The position numbers and the translations under genes were made by a program. DNA of 62,881 bases, counting the filler, from Rhabdomonas costata (lineage: Eukaryota): NCBI GenBank assembly GCA_019059605.1. It is 42 parts of 42 records of this genome, joined end to end, with 100 filler letters (N's around TTAATTAATTAA, not from the genome) between each part and the next. Parts side by side here need not be neighbours in the genome. Positions count along the whole stretch, not along the records: positions 35,996 to 37,395 come from JAHMHO010017058.1; positions 37,496 to 38,895 come from JAHMHO010017059.1; positions 38,996 to 40,395 come from JAHMHO010017060.1; positions 40,496 to 41,895 come from JAHMHO010017061.1; positions 41,996 to 43,395 come from JAHMHO010017062.1; positions 43,496 to 44,894 come from JAHMHO010017063.1; positions 44,995 to 46,393 come from JAHMHO010017064.1; positions 46,494 to 47,892 come from JAHMHO010017065.1; 34 more parts are not named here. One strand, given 5' to 3'. This document shows, piece after piece, positions 36,665 through 47,425 of the stretch (its first letter is position 1; each line of letters begins with the position of its first letter). The notes under the pieces were generated by a model. That model had not been told where the DNA came from, made no database searches, and worked only from the letters and a program-made list of their open reading frames with translations.

Positions 36665-37595
36665 AGGAACATTGCGTGTGGGACTCCGTCACCCCGGACC
36701 CCCCTACAGATGCAACTCGTCCTAACCCCCTGTTTTTCTCAATACTTTGTCCTATAGCCCTTTTAGTTTACTTCTGCCGGTTATATATACATAAACGTAG
36801 AATCATCACAGTAACAATGCCATGTAGGAATGACAATGGTATACATAACCACACTACGGCTAACCATCGGTAGGAACATTGGTAGTAGAAGCACCTCCAA
36901 CCGTACCACAACTCCTAGCCACCACCCAAACACCAACCTCCTAACACAACCAACACCCACAGTACCAACTTACTCCACGACTCACAACAACCCACCACAA
37001 CACACCAACAGTCCATGTCCCAAACACCCTCCAACCACATAGCACAAACCAAACCACGCAACACTGACACTACACCTCCCACATCACTCCATAGCCAAAA
37101 CCACAACGGTGAAACCAACGCCATGTACAACCATACAACACATGACACAAAAAAGAACCAATGACACAACTTCCAACCAATATAACCAAACTCTGAAACC
37201 ATAACACCATTTCAGTCTCATACCCACACAACAGACACACATTCCAACTCCAAGTAAATAGCTACAACACAACAACCAATATTTGCGCAACTCTACTCCA
37301 AACACACTGTAAAAGATACACAATACTCTACACTATAAAATGCAAGAATACACACGCACACGAGAAAAAAAGCCCATAAATCAAAATCAAAGACCNNNNN
37401 NNNNNNNNNNNNNNNNNNNNNNNNNNNNNNNNNNNNNNNTTAATTAATTAANNNNNNNNNNNNNNNNNNNNNNNNNNNNNNNNNNNNNNNNNNNNGGGTT
37501 TTGGTAGAGAAGGGAAGGAGGAAGGGAAGCAAGAGGCAATGCAACACTTTCTAGGGAAGGAGGAAGAGGGAGGAAGAGTTGTCGAATCGAGCTGC

Positions 37596-38036
37596 TCAAA
37601 ATGCAGCAGAAGCAGACCGCCGGTGCCTTGCAGGAGCAGCTGGAAAAGGAGCATGGACCTGGGTCGGAATCGGTTCCGGAGTCGGTTCCGGAGCCGGCGC
37701 AGGGACAGGAGCTGGAGTCCGTAGCCACGGATTAGCGGTGCGCGGCCGGCCTTCATTTAGAAGGCGAATCGTCTGCATCGCATGCGCTTTTGCATCAGAG
37801 CGCCGAATAGCACATCCAACGCAAAATACATGATATCGTTGTTTGGGGCTTACACACGTGCAATTTGTCGCTTCTCGCTTTCCCCAGCATTTCTGGCAGA
37901 AGCCACGATTTGGCAGTGTCTCGTTGCCGCAGAAGCAAGTGCCGGGAATGTAGGGGCGGACTGTGGGCACGATGGTCGGCCGGAAAGTGGCCGCGAAGGT
38001 CACTGGAGCGGTCGGGATGACGGCGGAGAAAGACAT
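37596..38036 (-). CDS. Hypothetical Cys-rich (zinc-finger-like), Pro-rich ORFan of 146 aa, probably viral
   Basis: Intronless ATG-to-stop ORF with CFC/CQKC/CTC/CVGC pairs; AAAATTGA lies about 106 bp upstream. Confidence 0.65.
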   Translation of the reverse strand: MSFSAVIPTAPVTFAATFRPTIVPTVRPYIPGTCFCGNETLPNRGFCQKCWGKREATNCTCVSPKQRYHVFCVGCAIRRSDAKAHAMQTIRLLNEGRPRTANPWLRTPAPVPAPAPEPTPEPIPTQVHAPFPAAPARHRRSASAAF

Positions 38037-38141
38037 TGCAAGAAGCTTAGCGGGCTGCGGGCTTATGTATGCAAAAGAAGAGTCTTAATTCGCATACAGT
38101 GATCAGCTTAGTTATATTGGACTAATCAAATAAAATAATTT

Positions 38142-38149
38142 TCAATTTT
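38142..38149 (-). promoter_or_regulatory. Mimiviridae-type early promoter motif AAAATTGA
   Basis: TCAATTTT on the + strand, in AT-rich context and oriented toward the ORF starting at 38036. Confidence 0.65.
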
Positions 38150-38329
38150 TATAAAGTACATATGATAAATATACAAGTAGTAAAACTTATATTGTAGAGA
38201 TCTAATACAATGTCATTATGAGATAATGAAAAAGAAAGATAACAACATAGGACGAATAAGAACTTATACCTGTTTAACATCTAATCTGTTCAATCATTTC
38301 AAGAGATATAACAGACAAAAGTTTACTAT

Positions 38330-38488
38330 GGGGCTGTGGAAATAAGAGAAATTAGACCATGAAGGACCATATGTTAAAAAGTATATAAACACTCATTTTT
38401 AATATCTTATTGTTGATACAAAAAAACTTATTTTTAGTATTCAATATCTAAAAATAAAATTTATAAAAATCCTTATTTCCACAGCCCC
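38330..38488. mobile_element. 159-bp MITE-like element with 17-bp TIRs
   Basis: GGGGCTGTGGAAATAAG (38330-38346) and CTTATTTCCACAGCCCC (38472-38488), flanked by TAT on both sides. Confidence 0.7.
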
Positions 38489-38523
38489 TATATATTTTTA
38501 TCTAATAATGTCGTCTTACTGTG

Positions 38524-38559
38524 TTATAATTATTTAAACAATAATTTAAATAATTATAA
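38524..38559 (-). terminator. AT-rich 15-bp perfect hairpin at the 3' end of RPB5 (Mimiviridae hairpin-rule type)
   Basis: TTATAATTATTTAAA-caataa-TTTAAATAATTATAA overlaps the stop codon. Confidence 0.7.
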
Positions 38560-38895
38560 TTTAACAACAACACGTCTATAATATATAGAATGACCTGATA
38601 AACTACTATTTCGTATAATTCTACATACAGATCCTGCTTTCATATTATAATATCTTGCAACTGGATCACTGGTAAATATTTTAGGCATTTGTTTTTTTTC
38701 AATATTATATTCTTTCATTATTTGTTGACTTTCTTTATCAGTTAATACAATATGTTGAGGTACAAGTACATGATCTACTATATTTATCATAAATTCTCTT
38801 TCTAAAAATATTTCAGTATTACGGAATTTTTCTCTTATTGAATCAGCTATTTTAGGATTAATATCATCAACAATTAATATAAGATAATTACTTTC
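38554..38895 (-). CDS. RPB5: DNA-directed RNA polymerase subunit RPB5, giant-virus (Mimiviridae-like) type, 5'-truncated
   Basis: Open from the contig edge: ESNYLILIVDDINPK...NTEIFLEREFMINIVDHVLVPQHIVL...MPKIFTSDPVARYYNMKAGSVCRIIRNSSLSGHSIYYRRVV. Intronless and extremely AT-rich. Confidence 0.92.
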   Translation of the reverse strand, partial: ESNYLILIVDDINPKIADSIREKFRNTEIFLEREFMINIVDHVLVPQHIVLTDKESQQIMKEYNIEKKQMPKIFTSDPVARYYNMKAGSVCRIIRNSSLSGHSIYYRRVVVKL

Positions 38896-38995
38896 NNNNN
38901 NNNNNNNNNNNNNNNNNNNNNNNNNNNNNNNNNNNNNNNTTAATTAATTAANNNNNNNNNNNNNNNNNNNNNNNNNNNNNNNNNNNNNNNNNNNN

Positions 38996-39801
38996 TGGAC
39001 ATCCCTGGGCCGAAGTCGATCCTGAACTACAGCACCACCGTGGAGAAGATGAGCCTGTTCTATGACATGCGAGCGCACGAGGAGATCTCAGGGATCACGT
39101 TTGAGCTGTTGTTCCAGCCCTCCGTGAGGTATCTTGAAAACGCGCGCTGCTCTTCGTACTTCTTGGACCTAATTTTATTGCCGATGCCTAGTGATGTGAA
39201 TAACATGAGTTTTTGTCTTCGGTTGTTTTTGCAAGGCCCAAACGGCTCCAGAATGTTTTGATAGGATTTGGAATTACCGTTAACGATATTGTTGACTTGG
39301 GCCCTCCCCAACATTTATTTGGACTAGTATGCTTTATTGGATCGCTTGCGATCAAGATTCGCCCGCTGCATGTTTGGTTGGGCTGCAAGCAAGGACCACC
39401 GAGTACGGTGAACTGCTACCAATTGCTCCCATTTGCTGCGCATCTAGCCTTGCTCCCTGAAAGAGCGTTTGACAATGTTGAACAGCAGAACCACCGCAAG
39501 AATGTTAGGATGCTTTGGAACCCAAATACCTCAAACAAAGCTATCCCCAGATGACCCCCAAGGCGAAGGCCCAGATGACCTCGTACACGCGCGTTAACCT
39601 CAACGGCAATGTCATGGCGCCCAGCATCTGCATCGCGGAAGGAGCCACGAATGCCTTCTACAACGTCTCTGTGATGCAGCTGTTTGGGGCGGATCAGGTC
39701 ACGGGGAAGAAGTTGGCGCGTTTTTACGGGGTGTCCATCCCGCAGCTTACCGTGAAGGAGATTGTGTCGACTCCGGAGTACTTCACGTGGTCCAATGAGC
39801 T
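38996..39801 (+). CDS. Two probable exons of an unidentified protein
   Basis: Coding-like GC-rich segments (...SLFYDMRAHEEISGITFELLFQPSV; YPQMTPKAKAQMTSYTRVNLNG...EYFTWSNEL) bounded by GT and AG. Confidence 0.5.
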
Positions 39802-42568
39802 GGTTAGTTGTTATTCGTTGGGTAGGCTGGGGAGAACGGCTCCCGTTGTTATGCAATTCTGTTTTCGGGGTTCAGGCAAGATGGTAAAAAAGAAAGAAAA
39901 GAGCAAGTGGGTACACCTTCAGCGAAGCAAAAGCCTGCACACGACAGCGATCGTGCGAGGCATAAGATTCTGGTGGCTTCTATCCACGATCCACACCAAG
40001 TGCTGTGCAAGTGCGGTGATCACGTCCTCATGTTTTCCTCGTCATTGGGGGGGGGGGAGCTTTCACAACAGCACGCAGTTTACAGAACGCCCAAAGGGCC
40101 CGTTGGGATAACGAAAGGCTTAACGGACTTCTGTTGAAAATACATGGACCGTGCAACTGCAGTGATTTCAGATTTCGGGGGGCTTCCCCACGCACAAAAG
40201 AGGGAGCCGTCACCGTTTTCATGCACGGTACTGTAAGTCTGTGTTTGCTGAGGGAGGAACGACAGAACGGCTTACAGCCTCGCTGTCCCTCTGTTATTTT
40301 CTCAATGGGCAACAACAGAAAGGTGTCGACGCATGCTGCAGCTTTTAGCGTGAAGATTGTGACTTCGCGGGGCCCGAGTGGCTTTGGCCCAAAAANNNNN
40401 NNNNNNNNNNNNNNNNNNNNNNNNNNNNNNNNNNNNNNNTTAATTAATTAANNNNNNNNNNNNNNNNNNNNNNNNNNNNNNNNNNNNNNNNNNNNTGGAA
40501 AGAATTGAATGACCTTCATTCCTTGGTTGCGGGAGGCGGGAGGAGAAGAATGAAAGTCATGCCTGAGACCATGCGACAGGGAAACCGATGCGGATATCAA
40601 GAGGAAGGCCACGACAAGCATTCTGAGAGCAAAAGCAGAAGAGCTGCGCCTGCAGTGAATCACGCAACACACTGGGACATCACTATGCGTTTCAAAATTT
40701 CAAAACAAAAAGGTAACGAGACTGTTACCCCCACGTCTGACAACAGAGCTAGAGGACCCTCCGTGCGAGCACCCAGGCTGCGCGCGTCTAGGTTAGGGGC
40801 AGCTTTTCTTTTCTTCTCTTTCCATCATCGCTCTCCTTCACGGGTGTGTTTCTTTTCTGTCTTTACATCGCACAAACATACACAACACGAACAAACAGAC
40901 ACAACTGTCCCTAAGTCAAAGAATAAAACATGTCTCCACAAAAACGGTCGTAAGCTGGGGAGCACTTTCCCCCGAGCAAACATTGAGGGGTGCAGAAATC
41001 CTCCGAAGGAAGAAATATCGCAGCTGACCACCAGACAGAACCAAGAGAGACAACACTGCACAACCAGAACTTAAGATCTACTAGAAAAAGTTTAAGATAC
41101 TTAACCTGCTCATGAGCGAGGGTTTGGTTTCGGTACTTACACGAGTTTACGCTGAACCATAAATTGCAGTAAGCTGTCCCTCCCATCAGTGACAAAAACA
41201 ATCAAACTTAGCAAAAACTCATGCTGACAGCCTGCATTCAGTTGAGCAGCTCACATGAAAAACAATGAAATGTACAAAACGACAAAATGACAATGTACAG
41301 TTCAAGGCGAAGCAGACGCTCGCCCCAACCCGTGCTTGCTCTGCGCAAAACAGCCCTGGAGCTTTTGTCCCTTGGAATGAGCCACACCCCCTCGCCAGTA
41401 GGAATGCAGAGAGTCGTCTGGACTGGGTTCCTGGTGCAGCCGGGGCCGGGGCCTCGGCTTGGGCTGCATAATAGAAACCACACATTGGCGTTCCACCAGC
41501 GCGATCCGTTGATATGCACGCGCGTCAAGAAATGGCCACAAAGGGCACTCTGGTCATAACTTTGACAGACAGTAGACAGTGCACTGGAGGAAGCTCTCGG
41601 GATCACATTTCCATCACAACAGCCGCTTTAGTGGTTGATGACTTTCAATTAATCGCAATATTTACTGGGGGGGGCTTCACTGGTCTGTGTGGACATGTGG
41701 AGAGCATATAGTAACAACAGTGACCCTAATTTGGTACACGTTCCACACAGTGGAATAAAACCCAGCAGAAGCATACCTTTACAGTTAAGTGAACAAAGAT
41801 GAGGAAAATTGGTGGGAAAACTAAAAAGAAATCTGCACCCCGCGGGTTGCGACTGAAAGGTAGTAAATCGGCGTTAAAATAGAAAAAAAAACAACNNNNN
41901 NNNNNNNNNNNNNNNNNNNNNNNNNNNNNNNNNNNNNNNTTAATTAATTAANNNNNNNNNNNNNNNNNNNNNNNNNNNNNNNNNNNNNNNNNNNNCAAAC
42001 ACTTTTTCGGCACAGAGAGTGTTTTCCTGTTCTTTCACCATTTTCACGGCTGGGAGAAAAATGTAAATTTTGCAAAAAAAAAAAACATGCAAAAAGAAAG
42101 TGTATTCAAGCCTATATTATGGGGTCGAAATGCAAAAAAAAAAAATTTGCAGGTTGCACTTTTTTCCCAGCCCGGCGATTTCTTCACTTTTTCGACGACA
42201 GCAAAATACTGCAAACGGTGAAAGTCGCCAACAGGGATGCACTGAAACCCACATGCCTCCCGCTTATTTGCTCGTGCCCACGCTTCTGTGCCCTTGTGGT
42301 TAGTGGACACTGGAGAAGGGTGTTGACAGCACAAAGCACACATACAAGGATACCACGGCTTGTGCGTGGACATAAAAAACAACCTCGGCCGCGCGGGGAG
42401 ATCAAAGACCAAGAAGTGAGATTCATCTTGTAAATTGTTTTTTTGGTGGCACTTCAAGTACTGCTCTGCGCTCCATGGATGCAGCAAGAATTGAGATTGA
42501 TTCAAACACTCCCGTGACGTGTGGATGTGCGAAGGGAGCAATAGCGGGGGTTGGGGGCGATCTGGAAC

Positions 42569-43395
42569 CGCAAAGCGCTCGGCGTCCAGGCTAACCAGGG
42601 CGACCAGGGTGGCGTACAGCGAGGTCTTCACCGTGAGCTGAGTCACGCACTTGAACAGGGTGTCCAGCACGTAGTCCAGCTTGCTGTGGAGTACTCGGAG
42701 CAGGGTGCGCCGAAGCTCGTCCAGCTGGGCCTTTTGCGTGAGAAAGCGAGACGATCATAACGATGCTAATGACGGGTGGGTGCGATGAGATAGCAAAAAA
42801 CAAGGAGAAAAAGAGACGTCCGCACACTTTTCAGCCAACTGTGTCACTGCCTGTGAAGGAAGCTGTGCAAAACGCTGTCAGACTCTCAGCTGTATACTGG
42901 GCAGAGGACAACCCCCCTGGAGGTGAGTTCTGTGATTCCCTTCGTTTTGAAGCCATATCGAAAAGTCCGTTTTGCCACATCTTGACTGTCTGACTTCTGT
43001 CGTGTGTGGTGGCCGATCACGAAAGACGAGAAGCAGCTCAGCACAGAAGCTACGAACAGCGCAATTCAGCGGAAGACACACAGAGGATGGAGAATGGGAA
43101 AATGCTAATGTCCTTGGCACTGCTTTCAAAGGCAGAACCGGCAACCTACCCCCACCAGTTTCCATGGACCCCAGATAAAGGCGAAGAGGGAAGCAGGGCG
43201 CTCACCTCCGTCCCGGGCTTGTCGCCCAGCCTGGTGATCTTCTCGTAGAGCTCCGAGTCATCCACCTCGACCCCCTCACTGTCCCCGGCCAGCGCCGGCC
43301 CCTCATCCACCTCCACCTCTTGGATATCCCTGCCTGGCCCGGCGCGGTAACCATCCTCCTCGTCCTCCTCCATGGGCTGGCGCCGACCATCCTCC
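42569..43395 (-). CDS. NCBP1: Nuclear cap-binding protein subunit 1 (CBP80) MIF4G N-terminal region; exons ending at 43206 and 42730-42569
   Basis: ELYEKITRLGDKPGTE|AQLDELRRTLLRVLHSKLDYVLDTLFKCVTQLTVKTSLYATLVALVSL fits the CBP80 pattern I.+.G+K...C...LP.K..+Y.TLVGL. Confidence 0.8.
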
Positions 43396-43741
43396 NNNNN
43401 NNNNNNNNNNNNNNNNNNNNNNNNNNNNNNNNNNNNNNNTTAATTAATTAANNNNNNNNNNNNNNNNNNNNNNNNNNNNNNNNNNNNNNNNNNNNTCTGT
43501 GAATGGGTTTTGGTTGTTGGCCGAAATTGAGCGGGGGGACAACGTTTGAGTCGCTGTGTGGGTATGTGTATGTGTGTGAAAGTCACACTGCTGTTTTAGG
43601 GAAGTTCGAAAGGGCAGCGGACCTCCGAGAGAAAGAGAGCGAGGGAGTGAAAGTGGTGGTGGCAAGGTGGGAGTGTGTTTGTGTCAGACCTGATATAGGG
43701 TGCAGGCGACAGCTTTTGAGATGGGGAGGGTTTCCACTCCT

Positions 43742-44799
43742 TTACGGGCGAATGGCAATCAGGGCCAGCTCCAGGGCACTGCGGCGGCCGTTGTTGAGCT
43801 GCATTGTGCGGAAGATGGGCACGAACATCAGGTCCACGTTGTCAGCCTCCAGATTCGCACGTCCGATGGCCACAGCCTTTTCAGCAATGAGAAATGAGAG
43901 GGATAAAAATCACAAACTCCATCGAATCCCAAACTCCTTTTACTGCAACCCCTTCATTCTGAGAAACGCAAGAATTGCAAAAACAATTGCCACCTGCAAT
44001 ACACACGGAAGAGCCCATTTTGCACCGATAACGCGCCCGTAAAAATCATACTTGACAGGCTTGACGCTCAGTGTAATCTGGGCTTCGATTAAAACTTCTG
44101 TCCTTATTGACGCAGAATGCTGCGCTCAATGCATTTTCCCTTTTTTCCATTGAAGAAGGGGGTTTGAGGGTTTGTGCGAGATGAACAGCGACGAGGAAAA
44201 CAGACAAAATAGGTTTCTGAATTAAAGATGCACACCACGCTTACAGGACATTAACAAGTGCAATGACAGGCTCGCTGACCTTAATGGCCTGCCCCACTGC
44301 GTCACGGCCAAGGGCCTCAAGCTTGCACTTCTTGTTCTCCCGGATGCAGTTTGCGATGGCGCCGGCCGTAGACTTTGGATTTGTAGAGCCCTGCAACGAC
44401 GAAAAACGAGGCGGGAAAATGTACGTTCGGTCCTATTCTGTTCCGGTCCTTCATTCTGCTTCACATGCGCGCACACGCCTTGGCGTCTGATTGACGTGAC
44501 TTTCGGGAACAGCGCTTCTCGCCCCATTGTGATTTATTCACATTGTTAACAAACCTTCCACCCCTGCTTGTGAACACAGCCTTTGCAGAAGGCATATGTT
44601 CACTTCCACATATGCATATGGGTGGGAACACGTTCAAGTTGATATTCCAAAGGAATTGGAAAGAAGGGAATCCAGTCCCAACTTACACACACCGCCACTT
44701 TGTACTCGGAGACATCCTTGTCATCCAGCGCCAGAGGAGCGCAAGGGAAGACCGTGAACTGCATCGCAGACCTCTCGGGTTCCTCGGCACTGGGCCCCG
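43742..44799 (-). CDS. SpoVS-domain protein (tandem domains), last three exons 44799-44693, 44390-44280 and 43876-43742
   Basis: Spliced: ...ERSAMQFTVFP...EYKVA|GSTNPKSTAGAIANCIRENKKCKLEALGRDAVGQAIK|AVAIGRANLEADNVDLMFVPIFRTMQLNNGRRSALELALIAIRP*. Confidence 0.88.
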
Positions 44800-46499
44800 C
44801 TTTGAGGCAAAAGGCAACGGAAAAATAGTACCATGGACTTTTTCGTTACATCCTACTCACCCACATCACAATGTGACAGGACCGCCCCCCCAACNNNNNN
44901 NNNNNNNNNNNNNNNNNNNNNNNNNNNNNNNNNNNNNNTTAATTAATTAANNNNNNNNNNNNNNNNNNNNNNNNNNNNNNNNNNNNNNNNNNNNGTTTTT
45001 GGGGAGGGATGCCCGGTGACCCGGCATCCCTCCCTAAAAATAAAAGAAGGGGAAGCACCGAAAGACGGAATTGGTTGCACTGTCACTGCGTCCCTTTCAT
45101 CAAACTGAAAATTAAAGATGCTCTCGTTCGATTCGGCATACAACGTAAGTGTCCTTTAAAGTGTCCTTTTGCGCCGGACCCCAGCTGTATTTTCCGTGCG
45201 TTGGGGAACGCGAGTTCACGACTGCGGTTGGGGGACAGCTGTGAAGTTCCACCACTCCGACGATCCCCACTTCCACCGTCACGGCACTTCTCGGGTGCTG
45301 TGTGTGACCACCGGCCCGGCGTCGGAGTTCCACATCTTCGAGATGGCTCAAGCCTTCGGCTCGGTATCCCACAGCAGTTCCTTTTCCCTCATTCTACTCT
45401 TTGAATCTGCGACAGTCCTTTTTATCCTATTGTGTCCACATTTTGTAATCAAGCTTGTAGAGGGAGAAGCCGAATTGGGCAGAACGTGCCTAAGGGTGAA
45501 TCCCGAGTTTGGAGCCCCGGGGTCTCGTGTGCGCTCGCAAGCCTTTTGTGAAAGGGCTTTCTGCCGAGGACCTTTCCGCTCCAGCCAGGCCAGAAATTAA
45601 AGCAAGAGCATAGCCCGTCAAAGACCTTTTCTCAACAGGGAAGCATACAGATACCGATTTTTGTGTTACATCCAGGCACCTTGGCAAGAAACACTGCTTT
45701 GCAACGAGGAGCGGGTAGGCAAGGAACTGGAATCCCTTGGCCGGTGTCAGCCTGGTGGCGTTGATACGCATTTCTTAGATTGGCCCACTTGACTTTGGGG
45801 TGGGGGATTGTAACGGTTAGCAGTAGAAACAGAAAACATCCAAAGTTGTTCTTGTTTGCACTTGCAGGTTAGGTAGCTGATGCAAAAACCCTCGAAATGA
45901 CTTTATTTTTTGTAAGGGAGATGGATGGCCTGTACCAGTATTCCCAACATGAGTTACTCTTTGGTTTGCACGTCAAATCTGTGTTGGATAAGGACTCGCC
46001 AATGGCTAGGTTATTGGTGGACATGTAGGACAGCCTAATTCAGCGGCCAGTCTGCGCCGCGACCGGAGCGAATTGCTGGGCCGGGAACGTAACTTGGGGA
46101 ACCTTTACCGATTTCTGTAATAAAAATAGTGTGAAAGAACAGTTACCAATAGTAACTGTTACCTCTCCAACTTCCGTTACCACTTCCCCCCCCCCCCAAC
46201 GTCAATTGCACCCTTACATCCTGTGAACAAGAAAGCAAGTTGCAGTGTAAACGCAGCTTCGCAACGCTGGCAACCTTGCTTTAAAGAATGAGAAGCGGCG
46301 TCTGTGGAGCGCGTGGACAACTTGGGCAGTGTTCTGCATCCATGTGCATATGCTCATCCCTGCAGGTGCAGCACGTGCAGGCGACCGGGGACANNNNNNN
46401 NNNNNNNNNNNNNNNNNNNNNNNNNNNNNNNNNNNNNTTAATTAATTAANNNNNNNNNNNNNNNNNNNNNNNNNNNNNNNNNNNNNNNNNNNNGGTGTG

Positions 46500-46642
46500 T
46501 GTGACTCATTGACTCATTTTGCCGTGGAAGACCCTACAAATCAACTTTCCTTTTCCCCAGCAAATAACACAATGACACTTGATGGGGAAAAGGAAAGTTG
46601 ATTTGTAGGGTCTTCCACGGCAAAATGAGTCAATGAGTCACA
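46500..46642. repeat. 60-bp perfect inverted repeat with a 23-bp loop
   Basis: 46500-46559 is the exact reverse complement of 46583-46642. Confidence 0.92.
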
Positions 46643-47200
46643 TAAATTTCAAAGATACGCACTTCAAAGCAGGAGCTGCTTTTCCTGCTGACTTGGAGCA
46701 CTTCGCTTTCAGTAGAGTTAATTAAATTCGAGCGCTCCATTGCGAGCCGGGATGAAATTAGCATTTCCCCCCCTTTTCATTACTCTGTTGAAAAAATTGC
46801 CCATTGATGGAAACATCGCGGTGGCAACTTTTATTTGACAAACGTATGGTGCTCTCATTTGGTGTGCCTTTTTGTCCAAAAAGGACGCTTTTCGGGGGGG
46901 GGAGGAGAAATCCACACTGTGCTGCAAAATGGCGGTGGCATGTCTTTGTTCTGATAAGTAGACCACCAAAAAACCATTGTCAACGGAGCTCGTTGGTATT
47001 CCAAAGCACAAGAACTGCGCCCGTATTTTGATTTGAGTCTCTTTCAAAGCCAGTTTTAAAAATTTGGTTTGAATTTGGGTTTTCAGGAGATCTCATAAAC
47101 CATATCAGTTCCCCAAGTTATCACGCTTTCAGCTGATAGTGGACGTGTGATTATTGTACACACGCAGGAGGTGCATTATAGGACATTGTGTGCGGGGCAC

Positions 47201-47425
47201 CAGGAAGGACAGTCACAGCCAGCGGGGAGCCATTGATGGGGTGAGTGGCGCCGGACTTCGCGTTGCGCAGGCTCACGCCGACATTGAATGGCCCCGCTTT
47301 GGTGGTGATGAAGGTGACCCGGTAGACTCCTTCCTCGTAGGAGTCCTGCCGCAGAACCTGCAGCTCACTGTCCTCACAGGCCACCGCGAAGGATTCGTCA
47401 TCCTTCGCCAGAGAAGTTGCGTTGC
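47201..47425 (-). CDS. Filamin/ABP280-type Ig repeat exon
   Basis: EEGVYRVTFITTKAGPFNVGVSL...HPINGSPLAVTVLP, bounded by AG and GT. Confidence 0.8.

Noticed and set aside
34497-43395. Apparent cluster of cap and transcription genes (TGS-like, RPB5, CBP80)
   Set aside because: They lie on separate unlinked contigs, and adjacency is a concatenation artefact.
46080-46115. Weak resemblance to LSU rRNA (CGTAACTTGGGGA)
   Set aside because: It is too short, and the flanks show no rRNA similarity.
46500-46642. Perfect long hairpins here and at 29633-29891 and 33007-33150 as novel RNAs or MITEs
   Set aside because: All are mismatch-free, unrelated to each other and lack TSDs. Each has one arm at a contig end next to a primer-like run, which fits amplification fold-back chimeras best. 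Independent spanning reads would reopen the question.
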